Assembly: GCA_963802945.1 (NCBI GenBank) | Contig: CAWDKY010000017.1 | Span: forward strand, 96,001 to 160,000 | Length of the DNA stretch: 64,000 nucleotides | Direction of reading: 5' to 3' | DNA from: an uncultured delta proteobacterium | Lineage (GTDB): Bacteria > Desulfobacterota > RBG-13-43-22 | In this document: positions 44,263 to 53,967 of the stretch, one piece after another | Numbering within the stretch: the first letter of the stretch is position 1 | How the letters are laid out: each line of letters begins with the position of its first letter | The notes under the pieces: generated by a model | Databases searched by the model: none | What the model saw: only the letters and a program-made list of their open reading frames with translations | What the model was told of the DNA's origin: nothing | Translations under genes and position numbers: made by a program

Positions 44263-44442
44263 CTATTTCTGAGCTGTAGTAAAAAAATTGACCAAAAATT
44301 CGCTTTCCTTGGGAGACAGGTTGAACCTTTCCCCGGCCTTGTCAATCAGTTCGGCCAGAGACGGCTTGGGAACCAATTCTCGCTGTTCGCTGATCCAGCT
44401 GATGGCCCTTCGCAGCAATTCACCTTCAGGTAATGGGGCAGC
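44263..44442 (-). CDS. Small conserved hypothetical protein
   Basis: PEGELLRRAISWIS..FNLSPKESEFL; aaggagg RBS. Confidence 0.7.
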   Translation of the reverse strand, partial: AAPLPEGELLRRAISWISEQRELVPKPSLAELIDKAGERFNLSPKESEFLVNFFTTAQK

Positions 44443-44628
44443 CATAAAAATCCTCCTTATTAATTCCATTTGGCGGCCAAAAGAAAAACCCGACCGTTAA
44501 TTCAATTCCAATAAATGAGTTCAAATCTTTTTTCTTGACGTTAGGCCGGCGCGCACTCCTCGTAGAACCCCTTTTTTTCTGAAGAAAGGTTATGAATTGT
44601 CAAGATTAAAAATTTGGCCCCAAAGACT

Positions 44629-45268
44629 TTAGCGCTCCATTTTCTTGGCCATGGCGGTAATCCAATTCTTTTGAGGAAGGTTATCAATTTCAACACTATG
44701 GTATCCCGCTTCAGTTAGAAAATCTTTATATTCATCTGGAGTATGAATTCGCATATCGCTTAAGTTAGCCCATTTGGTATTTCGTGTTTCGAATCGATCA
44801 TCTTTATAAACTTCATTGACAAGTAGAAGGGTTCCTCCTGGTTTTAAAACGCGCTTAATTTCTTTCAGATCGTCTATTAAATTCGGCCAAAAATAGTTAG
44901 CTTCAAATGCCGTTGCAAGATCGAACCTATGGTCTGCAAAGGGCAGAGATGAAACAGCGCCATATTTTATTTCCACCAGACCCTTTTTGATCAGAGTCTC
45001 ATTTACCTTTTTTGATAATTGGACCATATCTTCAGAATAATCAATTCCATAAACTTTTCCGTTGGGACAAGACCTGGCTAACTCCTGAACGCCCTTACCC
45101 CCGCCACAGCCAATATCAAGAATGGTTGCATCGGGCTTAATAGACAATGTGACCAATCCCCCAGTGTCTTAATTTAGCATGGCCGAAATTCATCGTTCTA
45201 CCGACAAATCTACCAAATCGGCCTGTCGGTTTTCGGCATTGCTTTACGAATTTTTCAACAAATCCCAT
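44629..45268 (-). CDS. Class I SAM-dependent methyltransferase (indel near 45155)
   Basis: QCRKPTGRFGR..MN.GH N-terminus, LDIGCGGG and YFWP. Confidence 0.88.
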
Positions 45269-45282
45269 GAAAGGCTCCTTTA

Positions 45283-45357
45283 GGGCTTAACGAGGCACAG
45301 GGCAAAGTCCTCAATTGAAAGACATCGTGACCAAGTCGTTCTTTCATGAATGTCCCC
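45283..45357. repeat. 75-bp dispersed repeat, copy 1
   Basis: gggcttaacgaggcacagggcaaagtc...ctttcatgaatgtcccc. Confidence 0.92.
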
Positions 45358-45391
45358 ATTACTCCCAATATTATTAAAACTCCTTCTTCAA

Positions 45392-47029
45392 CTACGTACT
45401 TTTCAATTTCTTTTTCCTCTGTTTCTCTTCATACATTTGGTTGTCGGCCTGGATCAAGAGGTTATCTATAGAAACCGGGTGCTCCGGGTCATAGCGGACA
45501 ACTCCCATACTCATCGATAATGGATAAGGGCGGTTTGTTTTTTCATTAAAAAGATCGAGGTTCTTCTGCAACCTCTTCAACATTAACTCAGGACCGACTT
45601 CCGGGGCCGCTTCTATAGTCAGGATTACAAACTCATCCCCTCCAATACGGGCCAGGATATCCGGATCACGAAAGGTTTCCTTCAGGATACGGGCGGTGTC
45701 GATCAAGGCTTGATCCCCTTGCAGATGTCCAAAGGTATCATTGATGACTTTCAAATCGTCCAGGTCGTTGAAGAGTAAAAAAGTTCCCCGTTTCATACGG
45801 TTGGCAATCTTCAACTCCTGGCTGGCCAAGGTTAAAAATCCTCGGCGATTATAAAGCCCGGTCAGTTCATCCTCTAAGGACATGGCCTTTAAAGCCTCTT
45901 CGGCCAGCTTTCGCTCGGTAACATCCTGGTTGCTGGCCCTTTGGCCAAGAGTTCTTCCGTCGACACTAACAACGGGATAGCAAACATGAGCAATCCAATG
46001 TTCCCGGCCGTTTCGATCGATAATTCTGAAATCAATTGGAAGCACTTCACCCTTTTCTGATATTTCATGATGATGTCTGATCATGATTTCCCGGTCGTCT
46101 GGATGAATGATCTTATATAAGAGATTGGGATCTCTTAGAAAGTCTTCACGAGGATAGCCGGTAATTCGTTGACAGGAAAGAGAACTGTATAGAAATTTTT
46201 GATTCGGGTCCAACCAATATTCCCAATTATAGGTAAAATCGGCTATCGTGCGAAAGCGTTCTTCAGATCTCTTGAGCGCCTCCTTCTCTTTTTTGCGTTC
46301 AGTGACGTTGCGGATATTACATTGAATGAACCTGGTCTTGTTGATCAGATAGATATCGGCATAAATAACTTGCCCGGCCTTATTTTTTATCGAAACCTCT
46401 TCGTTATGAATCAGGCCGTTCTTATTCAAGATATGGTTTATCTTTTGAATAGCATACAGATCAGGAGGGAAACCCACATCCTGAAGCTTGTTCCCGATGG
46501 ACTCCTCTTCCGAATAGCCAAGCATTTTTCTGAAGGCAGGATTAGTATAGGTTATATTCCCTTGACTTTTTTCGAGAAACAATATCCCGCTCTCTGCGGT
46601 CTCAAAAAGACGCCGATAGCGCTCCTCAGGCTCCACTAATAAATCTTCCTGTCGCCGGCGTCCAGTCAGGTCTTCTATGGCCAGTAAGATTATCTCAGAA
46701 CCGACATCTTTTTGAATGATACGGCGGGCATTGAGCAACATGATTTTAGGCCCGATGTTTGGAAAGAAATGTTCAACCTGATAGTTATCGATTTTTTTGT
46801 CTTGGGGGAGAATATCTTCAAGCAACCTTCGAAGCCAAGGAATATCCCATTGCCGGTTTCCGAGGTCATAGATAAGATGGCCTAAGGTTTCCTTGGATGT
46901 TATCTTAAAGGTTTGATAAAAACTCCTGCTGGCCTTAAGAACCTTCAGGTCTGAACCCAACACTAAAAAAGGCTCACTTACGGTCTCAAGAACGTCTTCA
47001 ACTATAGAGCCTACCTGAGCTTTCAACAC
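45392..47029 (-). CDS. PAS-domain diguanylate cyclase
   Basis: Three PAS-like segments; DELTGLYNRR, RDPD I-site and intact GGDEF. Confidence 0.92.
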   Translation of the reverse strand: MLKAQVGSIVEDVLETVSEPFLVLGSDLKVLKASRSFYQTFKITSKETLGHLIYDLGNRQWDIPWLRRLLEDILPQDKKIDNYQVEHFFPNIGPKIMLLNARRIIQKDVGSEIILLAIEDLTGRRRQEDLLVEPEERYRRLFETAESGILFLEKSQGNITYTNPAFRKMLGYSEEESIGNKLQDVGFPPDLYAIQKINHILNKNGLIHNEEVSIKNKAGQVIYADIYLINKTRFIQCNIRNVTERKKEKEALKRSEERFRTIADFTYNWEYWLDPNQKFLYSSLSCQRITGYPREDFLRDPNLLYKIIHPDDREIMIRHHHEISEKGEVLPIDFRIIDRNGREHWIAHVCYPVVSVDGRTLGQRASNQDVTERKLAEEALKAMSLEDELTGLYNRRGFLTLASQELKIANRMKRGTFLLFNDLDDLKVINDTFGHLQGDQALIDTARILKETFRDPDILARIGGDEFVILTIEAAPEVGPELMLKRLQKNLDLFNEKTNRPYPLSMSMGVVRYDPEHPVSIDNLLIQADNQMYEEKQRKKKLKST

Positions 47030-47141
47030 AATGCTTTCCCCGCCAGGTTGAATGATTGATCTTAATTCTTAAACATTCTTTTTCTAAACCAATAGAATAA
47101 CGGGGACAACGTCCCATTTTCTTATAAATATCTTTCTATGC

Positions 47142-48066
47142 TTAATTCCTCTTCCCATAAGGCTTCCGCCCATAAGCAACGATGATATCATCCGTAATTT
47201 TCACGACCCCTTTGCGCTCGAAGTAGTTGCGTGCTTTTATGGTTTCTTTGTTCCTCTCGATCGGAGGGACCTTGGCATACCACCAGTTAGAGGATATAGC
47301 GGCAAAGAAGTCATAGGCTTCCCCTCCGGTCTTGAAAGTGTTCCGCCAGGTGAGCCTGTTGGTCCGGATATCGACCAGGCCGGCTTTCGCCAGGAGTCGT
47401 CGGACCTCTTGTTCCTTCCGAGGCCAGAATTCCAAACGGTAGCCAAGGACATACCGCTTGTTGATTACCCTGAATGAGGCGTCACAGGCTTCCCAATAAT
47501 GCTCGGGACCGTGGGCGCCGACTGAAAGAAGGCCGGCGGGACGAAGAACGCGAACCATCTCGGTCACTGCTTTTTCCGGGTCGGGAAGTAACCCCAGCAT
47601 CATTCCGGTCATGACAAAGTCGAAGCTTCGCATCTTCAAAAGGCAGGGATTCGGCATCAAGCTGACGGAAATCAATGCGGTCGGCGCCGTAGCCTTGTCT
47701 ATCTGCTTTGGTCCGACCTACCTCCAGCATGTAGTTGGAGATGTCTCCGCAGACTACTTTGGACGCACCTTTCTGCAGGGCGAGTAGGGATATGATCCCG
47801 GTGCCGCAACCCACGTCCAGCACTTCCTTGCCTTGGAGATCCACTCCTTCGAGCTGGGCTGTTGCCGCCTTCGTCTGAAACTCCGCTCCCAGCTCATCAT
47901 ACCTGGTCACGTGTTCCGAGAAAGCACCGTCATATCCCTGCCTCATACGGTCCTTCATGGCGGCCGTGTCTCTGGCGTTGCCCGTGAGCCAGGCTAAGAT
48001 GTTATTGGCATTGACCATCAAGGTCATCGGCAGCGAAAGCTTACCGGTCCAAAAAATTGTGGGCAT
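47142..48066 (-). CDS. Class I SAM-dependent methyltransferase (indel near 47630)
   Basis: VLDVGCGTG, DAESLPF and RVLRP; ggagg RBS. Confidence 0.85.
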
Positions 48067-48125
48067 AAGATTATACCTCCTCGTTGGAAAATGGGTGACC
48101 CCAATGACTCCTGCAGTTTCTGCTC

Positions 48126-48200
48126 GGGCTTAACGAGGCACAGGGCAAAGTCATCATTTGAAAGACATCCTGACCAAGTCGTTCTTTCATGAATATCCCT
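48126..48200. repeat. 75-bp dispersed repeat, copy 2
   Basis: 5 mismatches to copy 1 by manual alignment. Confidence 0.92.
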
Positions 48201-48862
48201 CAAGTCCAGTTGACACTGTAAATTGTTTTTAAAGCATAATATAAGGCCATTAACCCAAATATTATTAAAATGATGTTGGAAAAAAGAATCAGGCCTTTTT
48301 TTAACTGGTCGTTTATTCTCTTTTTTAATTTACTGACGATAAAAGTAAGTGGGACAAACCATATCAACACTCCCAGCATGATCAATGATACCGATACTAC
48401 CCCATAATTTCTGTAAGTTGGAAATTTAGTATTCCAAATTAGAAAGAAATTCCCTGACACAACAATCCAACCCGCTATGGTCAAAGGATTAGATAAGGTG
48501 ATCAAAATACCGGAAATAAATGTAGCCAGTGGATTAGATTGAAAACCTGATTTATTTTCTTCGATTCCAAGGTTCTTTCTTATTGAACTTATGGATGACA
48601 TTCCAAGAATGATCAATATTATTCCACAAACAATCCAAAGTACGATTTTTAAATATTGATTGTTTGAAATGAGATTGGCAACTCCAATATAAACGAGTGT
48701 TATATAAAAGATGTCCGAAAGACATGATCCCAAAGTGAAAAAAATACTATTTCTGAATCCATATTGAAGCGCTCTTTGACAAGCGATAATAGTGACTGAA
48801 CCCGGAGGAACCGCAACAACTATACCTAACAAAACTGCCGATATTAAATATTCAGTTAACAT
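48200..48862 (-). CDS. LysE family translocator
   Basis: AVPPG, G..LSD and GILITLSNP; markedly AT-rich. Confidence 0.85.
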   Translation of the reverse strand: MLTEYLISAVLLGIVVAVPPGSVTIIACQRALQYGFRNSIFFTLGSCLSDIFYITLVYIGVANLISNNQYLKIVLWIVCGIILIILGMSSISSIRKNLGIEENKSGFQSNPLATFISGILITLSNPLTIAGWIVVSGNFFLIWNTKFPTYRNYGVVSVSLIMLGVLIWFVPLTFIVSKLKKRINDQLKKGLILFSNIILIIFGLMALYYALKTIYSVNWT

Positions 48863-48974
48863 ATTTACTCAAATCTATTTTCGCCCGATCTCAAAAAAAT
48901 AGGTGACCCGAAGACCAGCGCAGGCTCAATCCCTTTCCTCATGATAAGGATTATGGCTCTTGTTGTTTCTGTTC

Positions 48975-49049
48975 GGACTTAACGAGGCGCAGGGCAAAGT
49001 CGTCAATTGAAAGACCTCCTGGTCAAGTCGTTATTTCATGGACGCCCCC
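48975..49049. repeat. 75-bp dispersed repeat, copy 3
   Basis: About 11 mismatches to copy 1, no indels. Confidence 0.88.
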
Positions 49050-49092
49050 TAACTCATTTCTGAATTAATTGGCCAACACCTTTCCTCATAAT

Positions 49093-49137
49093 AATCAGCC
49101 GCAAGTGTACCGAGTCGGCTGGATGATTCTGTTATAA
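49093..49137 (-). other. Truncated integron attC-like site
   Basis: Minus strand TTATAAC-agaatcatc-cagccg-actcggtacacttg-cggctg-att; the distal GTTRRRY box is missing. Confidence 0.55.
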
Positions 49138-49315
49138 ATAGCAACTTGATTTGTTGTTAAAGTCTAAATAGGCATTATAGTATTCATAGGGGTATTTAAA
49201 TAATCTTATAAAATTAAATAGTTATTATATGTCTCGTGTGAATTAGAATTAGAATTCACACATTTGAAGCAGTATACCATTTTTCAAACCTATCACAAAC
49301 CTATCAAATTTATTA

Positions 49316-50043
49316 GGGACATAATACTTATATCACTTTCTAGATGGCCTACCAGGTTTTCTCTTTGACAGATCTCGAGCCGTTAACCGTTCTATTATTT
49401 TCATAAAAGAAGCCTCACCTACCGGTCGCCCGGTACGGGTCATTTTCCGAATCTCTTGATCTTTGTCTTTGGTCGCCTGACTTAAAAAATCCATCCAATT
49501 CTCCACCAAACCTCTTAGAGTTCGATCTTCGACCAACGGGTCCGTATTTCGTCGCCCTACATGAAAAGCAGCGCTGGACCAGGGATAAGCCCACGCCCTT
49601 TTAGCCATTCCAGCTCGCACTGGATTCAACTCCACGTATGCTGTAGCAGCTAATAAATGCCTCTCATCTAAAACACAAGAATTGAACCTTCCTTGAAAAA
49701 GATACCCCCGTACCCCTTCGGCAAAATTTTTCATCCGCGTATAACGACGATGCCCTTCCCCAAAAGCACGCGCCAGAGAATCTTCCTGCTTTGGAACCGC
49801 AATAAAATGAACATGGTTGGTCATTAAACACCAAGCCAAAATTTCTACTCCAAACCGCTTCGTCTCTTCAGACAAAAACTGAAGATAAGTTTGCCGATCT
49901 AAATCGGTCTGAAATATCTCCATCGACCGAACACCGCGCTGTGTGACATGGTGGGGGTACTTTGGTACCACTATCCTCTATATTCTAGCCATAACCTCTC
50001 AATTACCTTACTCACGATATCAATGATATAAGTATTATGTCCC
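49316..50043. mobile_element. RAYT-type element bounded by 20-bp perfect inverted repeats
   Basis: gggacataatacttatatca (49316-49335) / tgatataagtattatgtccc (50024-50043). Confidence 0.85.
49333..49992 (-). CDS. REP-associated tyrosine (Y1/HUH) transposase with in-frame TAG at codon 5
   Basis: HHVTQRG, CLMTNHVH, FQGRF, YVELNPVRAG and WSS; natural start reads ATG GCT AGA ATA TAG AGG ATA GTG. Confidence 0.85.
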
Positions 50044-50092
50044 CAGATTTAAGCAGAATGCCCTTAAGGGTCGTCGTGCCTGCAGCGAATTG

Positions 50093-50857
50093 TTATGTAC
50101 CGCCAGACCTAATCTTTGACATCTTGTTCACAACCTCTACACATAACCCCCACAAATCCTGTACCTCTTGAATGTCATAGATTTTTTCTGGGTGCTGAGT
50201 CGGATTCCTAAACGACGACCTAATGTTGTCTAGGTTTTTCAGTAGTGCTTCGTTCATCTTCGCTCTTCTGTGACTCAAAAGAGCTTGAACCATTGGTCCC
50301 CATAGCATCGGTTTGATACGGTTTTTTTTAACAAAATAACAGTAAAGCTCTCGCAACTCTGACTCTGTGCCACGCAACAAATGAAAAGCAGCGGCGGTAG
50401 GTCGCTCAAAAGCAATGCATTTCCCGGCCTCCGAAAAATCGTACTGAGCGTGCCTGGATAATAAAGAAAAGACTCCCGGAGCCAACAACGAAGGAACATC
50501 TCCTAACAAGCGATCCGTATCAACCCGTTTTTGAGAAACAACATATGCAGTTTTTAGTGTTATTTCTGAATCAAGAGTTTTGCGGAAAACCTTGATCGTA
50601 TTTTGCAGTTCCATTGCCTGTTCGTTCGTTAATTTTGAACCCTCTGGTAGAGCTTTGAATTTTTTTCGAAGCCGGCGCAAATCTTCAGATGCACCCCGAG
50701 ACACCGGAAGATTAAGATCATCTATATACTTCAGAACTACTTCAATATTACTAATTACAAAGAGTTCCCCATAGAGAGGTTGTCCAGGAGGGGCGCTATT
50801 CAAGTAGCGAACGTGCGCACCAAACTTGTAGAACTTTTGTATAGAAATTTTATTCAT
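50093..50857 (-). CDS. HEPN-like hypothetical protein in an integron-type cassette
   Basis: AAFHLLRGTE and RNPTQH (Rx4H); stop lies within ACATAAC. Confidence 0.6.
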   Translation of the reverse strand: MNKISIQKFYKFGAHVRYLNSAPPGQPLYGELFVISNIEVVLKYIDDLNLPVSRGASEDLRRLRKKFKALPEGSKLTNEQAMELQNTIKVFRKTLDSEITLKTAYVVSQKRVDTDRLLGDVPSLLAPGVFSLLSRHAQYDFSEAGKCIAFERPTAAAFHLLRGTESELRELYCYFVKKNRIKPMLWGPMVQALLSHRRAKMNEALLKNLDNIRSSFRNPTQHPEKIYDIQEVQDLWGLCVEVVNKMSKIRSGGT

Positions 50858-51371
50858 AGGCGCTCTTTAAGGTACAGAACAAGTTATTCTAAAATTTTCC
50901 GTACATCTCCACAAATCAGAAGATTCCTGCGGGTTTCTATTAAATGACAATTCTTTTTATTTGTCTTTTAAAAAGAAGCTTTTTTGTTTCTTCTTCAACT
51001 TACTCATTATAAATTATTAATAATCTTTTGATAGATATTTTATAACCAAGTACTTAACCCTACTGTATATCATTATTAAGGATAGGCAGAAATAGAATGA
51101 TCCTTCATGTCGCCCATTCCCTCCTCAATTCAGATGCAATTTTGGAAATAGTTGTGAAATACAACAACATCAAAATCAAAAGGGTTTTGAGCTTGATTAC
51201 AAAAGAAAGATGTATGACTAAAAGCAACAGGTGTTTGCTTGGGTGGATCTTTTGAGATATGGATCAGGGCCATGAATCTCCTTAAGATCTAAAGAAAGGT
51301 TTTTGTACGAATAAGACTGAAAGGAATCATAGAATATAACTGGCTAATTTGTAAAGGATATTATTTTATGC

Positions 51372-51400
51372 TTGACAAAAGTTAGCAAATTTGCTAACCT
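51372..51400 (+). promoter_or_regulatory. TA promoter with 18-bp perfect palindromic operator
   Basis: TTGACA-17bp-TAACCT overlapping gttagcaaatttgctaac (51381-51398); ATG at 51408 has no RBS. Confidence 0.75.
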
Positions 51401-51407
51401 CATTATC

Positions 51408-51731
51408 ATGAATTATGCGATAAAATATTTCCATGCTCGCGTCAAAGCTGAGATCGAAAGATGGCCGGACGATTTATTGGCTGATTATGCGCGGATAGTG
51501 GAATTATTAATGGAGTTCGGGCCAAATTTGCGAATGCCGCACTCACGGGCTTTGGGCGGCGGACTTTTCGAGTTAAGGCCTCGAGGGCGAGGGGGTATTG
51601 GACGGGCATTTTACTGCTTTATCATTGGTCAGCGCGTTGTATTACTCCACGCCTTCTTGAAAAAAACACAGGATACCCCGGAACAAGAATTAAGAATTGC
51701 CCGGAGAAGAATGAAAGAGGTACAGAAATGA
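51408..51731 (+). CDS. Type II toxin, RelE/HigB (Gp49-like) family
   Basis: MPHSRALGGGLFELR and LLHAFLKKTQDTP. Confidence 0.9.
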   Translation: MNYAIKYFHARVKAEIERWPDDLLADYARIVELLMEFGPNLRMPHSRALGGGLFELRPRGRGGIGRAFYCFIIGQRVVLLHAFLKKTQDTPEQELRIARRRMKEVQK

Positions 51732-52087
51732 CTGATTTAAAATATCAACCCGTTTCCCATGATCATACATCTTTCCTCAAAAAAGCCCTTAAGCGGAAAG
51801 AATTCAGGAAAGTCTACGAGGAATTGGAAGAAGAGTATGCCCTTACCCGGGAAATGCTTTCCGCGCGCACCAGATTCGGCCTAACCCAGGAAGCCGTTGC
51901 GGAGTTGATGGGAACGACCAAAAGTGCGGTTTCACGTTTGGAGGCAGCCGACAAACATGCGCCATCCCTCACAACCCTCAAGAAATATGCTCAAGCCGTC
52001 GGCTGTCGCCTTGAAATCAAGCTAGTTCCTACCTCCCGCTTAACCAAAGGCAAATCGCGGACCGTAAAAAAACAGGCTGCCGGTTAG
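51728..52087 (+). CDS. XRE/HigA-type HTH antitoxin
   Basis: GLTQEAVAELMGTTKSAVSRLE and PSLTTLKKYA; overlaps the toxin stop. Confidence 0.9.
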   Translation: MTDLKYQPVSHDHTSFLKKALKRKEFRKVYEELEEEYALTREMLSARTRFGLTQEAVAELMGTTKSAVSRLEAADKHAPSLTTLKKYAQAVGCRLEIKLVPTSRLTKGKSRTVKKQAAG

Positions 52088-52104
52088 CTTTCGGAGACAT
52101 TGTA

Positions 52105-52185
52105 ATACTGGATTCCGGCCTTCGCCGGAATGACGCCAGGCCCCCGGTGCCTGTTCCAGACTTGATCCGGGATTCGCAGGGGACC
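52105..52185. repeat. REP cluster at the junction of two convergent TA modules
   Basis: ctggattccggccttcgccggaatgac and ccagacttgatccggga. Confidence 0.75.
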
Positions 52186-52186
52186 A

Positions 52187-52378
52187 GACAGTGTAAAGTA
52201 TGCGGTAATTACCAACCCTTATTCTGGTACCCTCACGGCCATGAAGGTTTTTCGAGTTATGAGGGAATGGATTCTCTTTTAAGGAGAGGATGGTCTTTAT
52301 AACTTTGTTATGAATCTTTGCAGGGAGATCGTCTAATTCTTTTTCAACCGATCTTTTTAGTCGGACAGTAAAAGGCAT
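52187..52378 (-). pseudogene. RelE/StbE toxin truncated at its 3' end by REP DNA
   Basis: RIRVGNYRILYTV is followed by REP-derived read-through instead of the usual final strand and GHR-type motif. Confidence 0.7.
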
Positions 52379-52587
52379 TATCTGCCCTTTTTCTTCCTGT
52401 CTGATAGATATTCATCCAGACCCCGGGAGGGTTCTTTACGACGTTGTTCGATAATAACCGTATCTATTAGATCTTCGATAAATTCCTTATCGTTCAGCAT
52501 CTTGCCCAAAACGGCCTCTCTCGCCTTTTTGGGCAAAGCCCGGAAGGCTGTCATAAAAACCTCGGATGTTGCTTCGATGGTACTCAT
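52378..52587 (-). CDS. Putative antitoxin of the RelE module
   Basis: 69 aa, aggagg RBS, stop overlaps the toxin ATG. Confidence 0.72.
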   Translation of the reverse strand: MSTIEATSEVFMTAFRALPKKAREAVLGKMLNDKEFIEDLIDTVIIEQRRKEPSRGLDEYLSDRKKKGR

Positions 52588-52743
52588 GCTAAGTCTCCTC
52601 CTAATCTAGATGGCTTAAATTATAACAAAAGAGGAAAAATTATCAATCCTGTTAATAGAATCACCTGGAGGCCGCGATTATTTAATCTCATATCCTTTTT
52701 GCAGAGCTGTGAAATATAAATAACTGGAACGTCCCTTTTATTT

Positions 52744-53967
52744 TTATTTCCTTATAAGGAGGCCTTCGGCCATGACGGCCTTGGGCAGCGCGGAAAGGTG
52801 AAACGGGCTCTTATTCCACACTGTTAAGCTGGCCAGTTTATTTTTTTCGATGGTGCCAAGAAGATTATCAATTCCCAATATCTTGGCATTGCAATAGGTG
52901 ATAATGGACAGGGCTTTTTCTTCGGACATGCCGGCAATCAGGAAGAATTTCAAACTCTCGCGCAACATGGGTGTCATTATCACCGGATGATCGGTCATAA
53001 GGCCATAAAAGGCCTTTGATTTCATGAGTAGGGCCGCGTTCTTATAATTTTCGTTCTTGAGCTCCACCTTGTAGGGCAGAGAGCCCAGCGGCCCGTACAC
53101 CACTGGGATATGGTTATCAGCCAGCGCATTAAAAATCTCCGTGTGGAAGACATCGGAAAGATGGTCGGCTGTGACGATAAGATCGTACTTCTTCGCCAGC
53201 TCAATAAGATAGAGAACGTCGTCTTCCTTGTGAACATGGACCTTGACCGTTCTTTTATTCACCAAAATATCCAGGATGGCCTTGTCTTCGGTATCGAGTT
53301 CCAATACCAGTTCCTTGTCAATCATGACCTTTTCCGCGTCAACATCTTTTCGCGCCAATTTCTTTTCCTTGGTGCGCGCCTCCAGTTCCTTAAGTTTCTT
53401 TTCCTTGGCCAGCTCAGCCTTTTTATGCTTGTCCAAGACCTGGGAAAACTTCTTTTCTATGAGGGAATAAATGCCCATGCGTGTATTGGGCCGCGCCCCT
53501 TTCCAATCTCTTGTGGAGCGCGGATTATACCCCAGCGCCATTTTATAGCCATAATCTTTAAAGAGCGCCTCCTGACGGTTCGGCGCGAAGTTCCTGATAA
53601 TCATGGCTTTTCCGCCGATCAAATTGCCGCTGCCCGGAACAATGCAGCTATAGAGCACGCCGAAATCCACGGCTTCCGTAAAAGCGCGATCATCGAAGTA
53701 GATGCTGTTCAGCGGATTATTGAGGGGCAGAAATTGGTCCGTATGATCATTGCTTTCTTCTTCGCTTCCGGGTTCGCCGAACCTCACCATGCCGATATGC
53801 GAATGCGCATCAATGAAGGCCGGGGTGACAACACCGGAAAAAGCGGCCCTTAGCTTTTTGTTCACCACATCAACGATTTTGTCGCCCTCCACGATGATGG
53901 AGAAGTTCTCTTTCCGTGTTTTACCGTCAAAGAGTGTTTCAGCGAAAATGATGGTCTGATTTTTCAA
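52744..53967 (-). CDS. Amidohydrolase family protein
   Basis: PAFIDAHSH, HVH, TDHP and GTIE. Confidence 0.88.
   Translation of the reverse strand: MKNQTIIFAETLFDGKTRKENFSIIVEGDKIVDVVNKKLRAAFSGVVTPAFIDAHSHIGMVRFGEPGSEEESNDHTDQFLPLNNPLNSIYFDDRAFTEAVDFGVLYSCIVPGSGNLIGGKAMIIRNFAPNRQEALFKDYGYKMALGYNPRSTRDWKGARPNTRMGIYSLIEKKFSQVLDKHKKAELAKEKKLKELEARTKEKKLARKDVDAEKVMIDKELVLELDTEDKAILDILVNKRTVKVHVHKEDDVLYLIELAKKYDLIVTADHLSDVFHTEIFNALADNHIPVVYGPLGSLPYKVELKNENYKNAALLMKSKAFYGLMTDHPVIMTPMLRESLKFFLIAGMSEEKALSIITYCNAKILGIDNLLGTIEKNKLASLTVWNKSPFHLSALPKAVMAEGLLIRK

Noticed and set aside
45283-49049. 75-bp repeats as a CRISPR array
   Set aside because: The repeats are too long, the spacers are whole genes of 0.8-2.8 kb, and no cas genes are present
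45283-49049. 75-bp repeat as a SAM/SAH riboswitch or leader peptide upstream of methyltransferases
   Set aside because: It does not resemble a riboswitch I recognise, substitutions break rather than preserve the candidate stems, and the small ORF is stopped at codon 3 in copy 3; not fully excluded
49978-49980. Pyrrolysine or recoded read-through of the transposase TAG
   Set aside because: TAG is used as a normal stop by other genes in the window (e.g. tolB and the addA-like gene) and no pyl genes are visible
51408-52087. Prophage, because of the Gp49-like toxin and XRE protein
   Set aside because: This is an ordinary TA pair; there are no phage structural, replication or integrase genes
2425-53853. 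Long antisense ORFs such as 2425-3183, 5418-6188 and 53110-53853
   Set aside because: They are shadows of well-supported genes on the opposite strand and show no recognisable motifs
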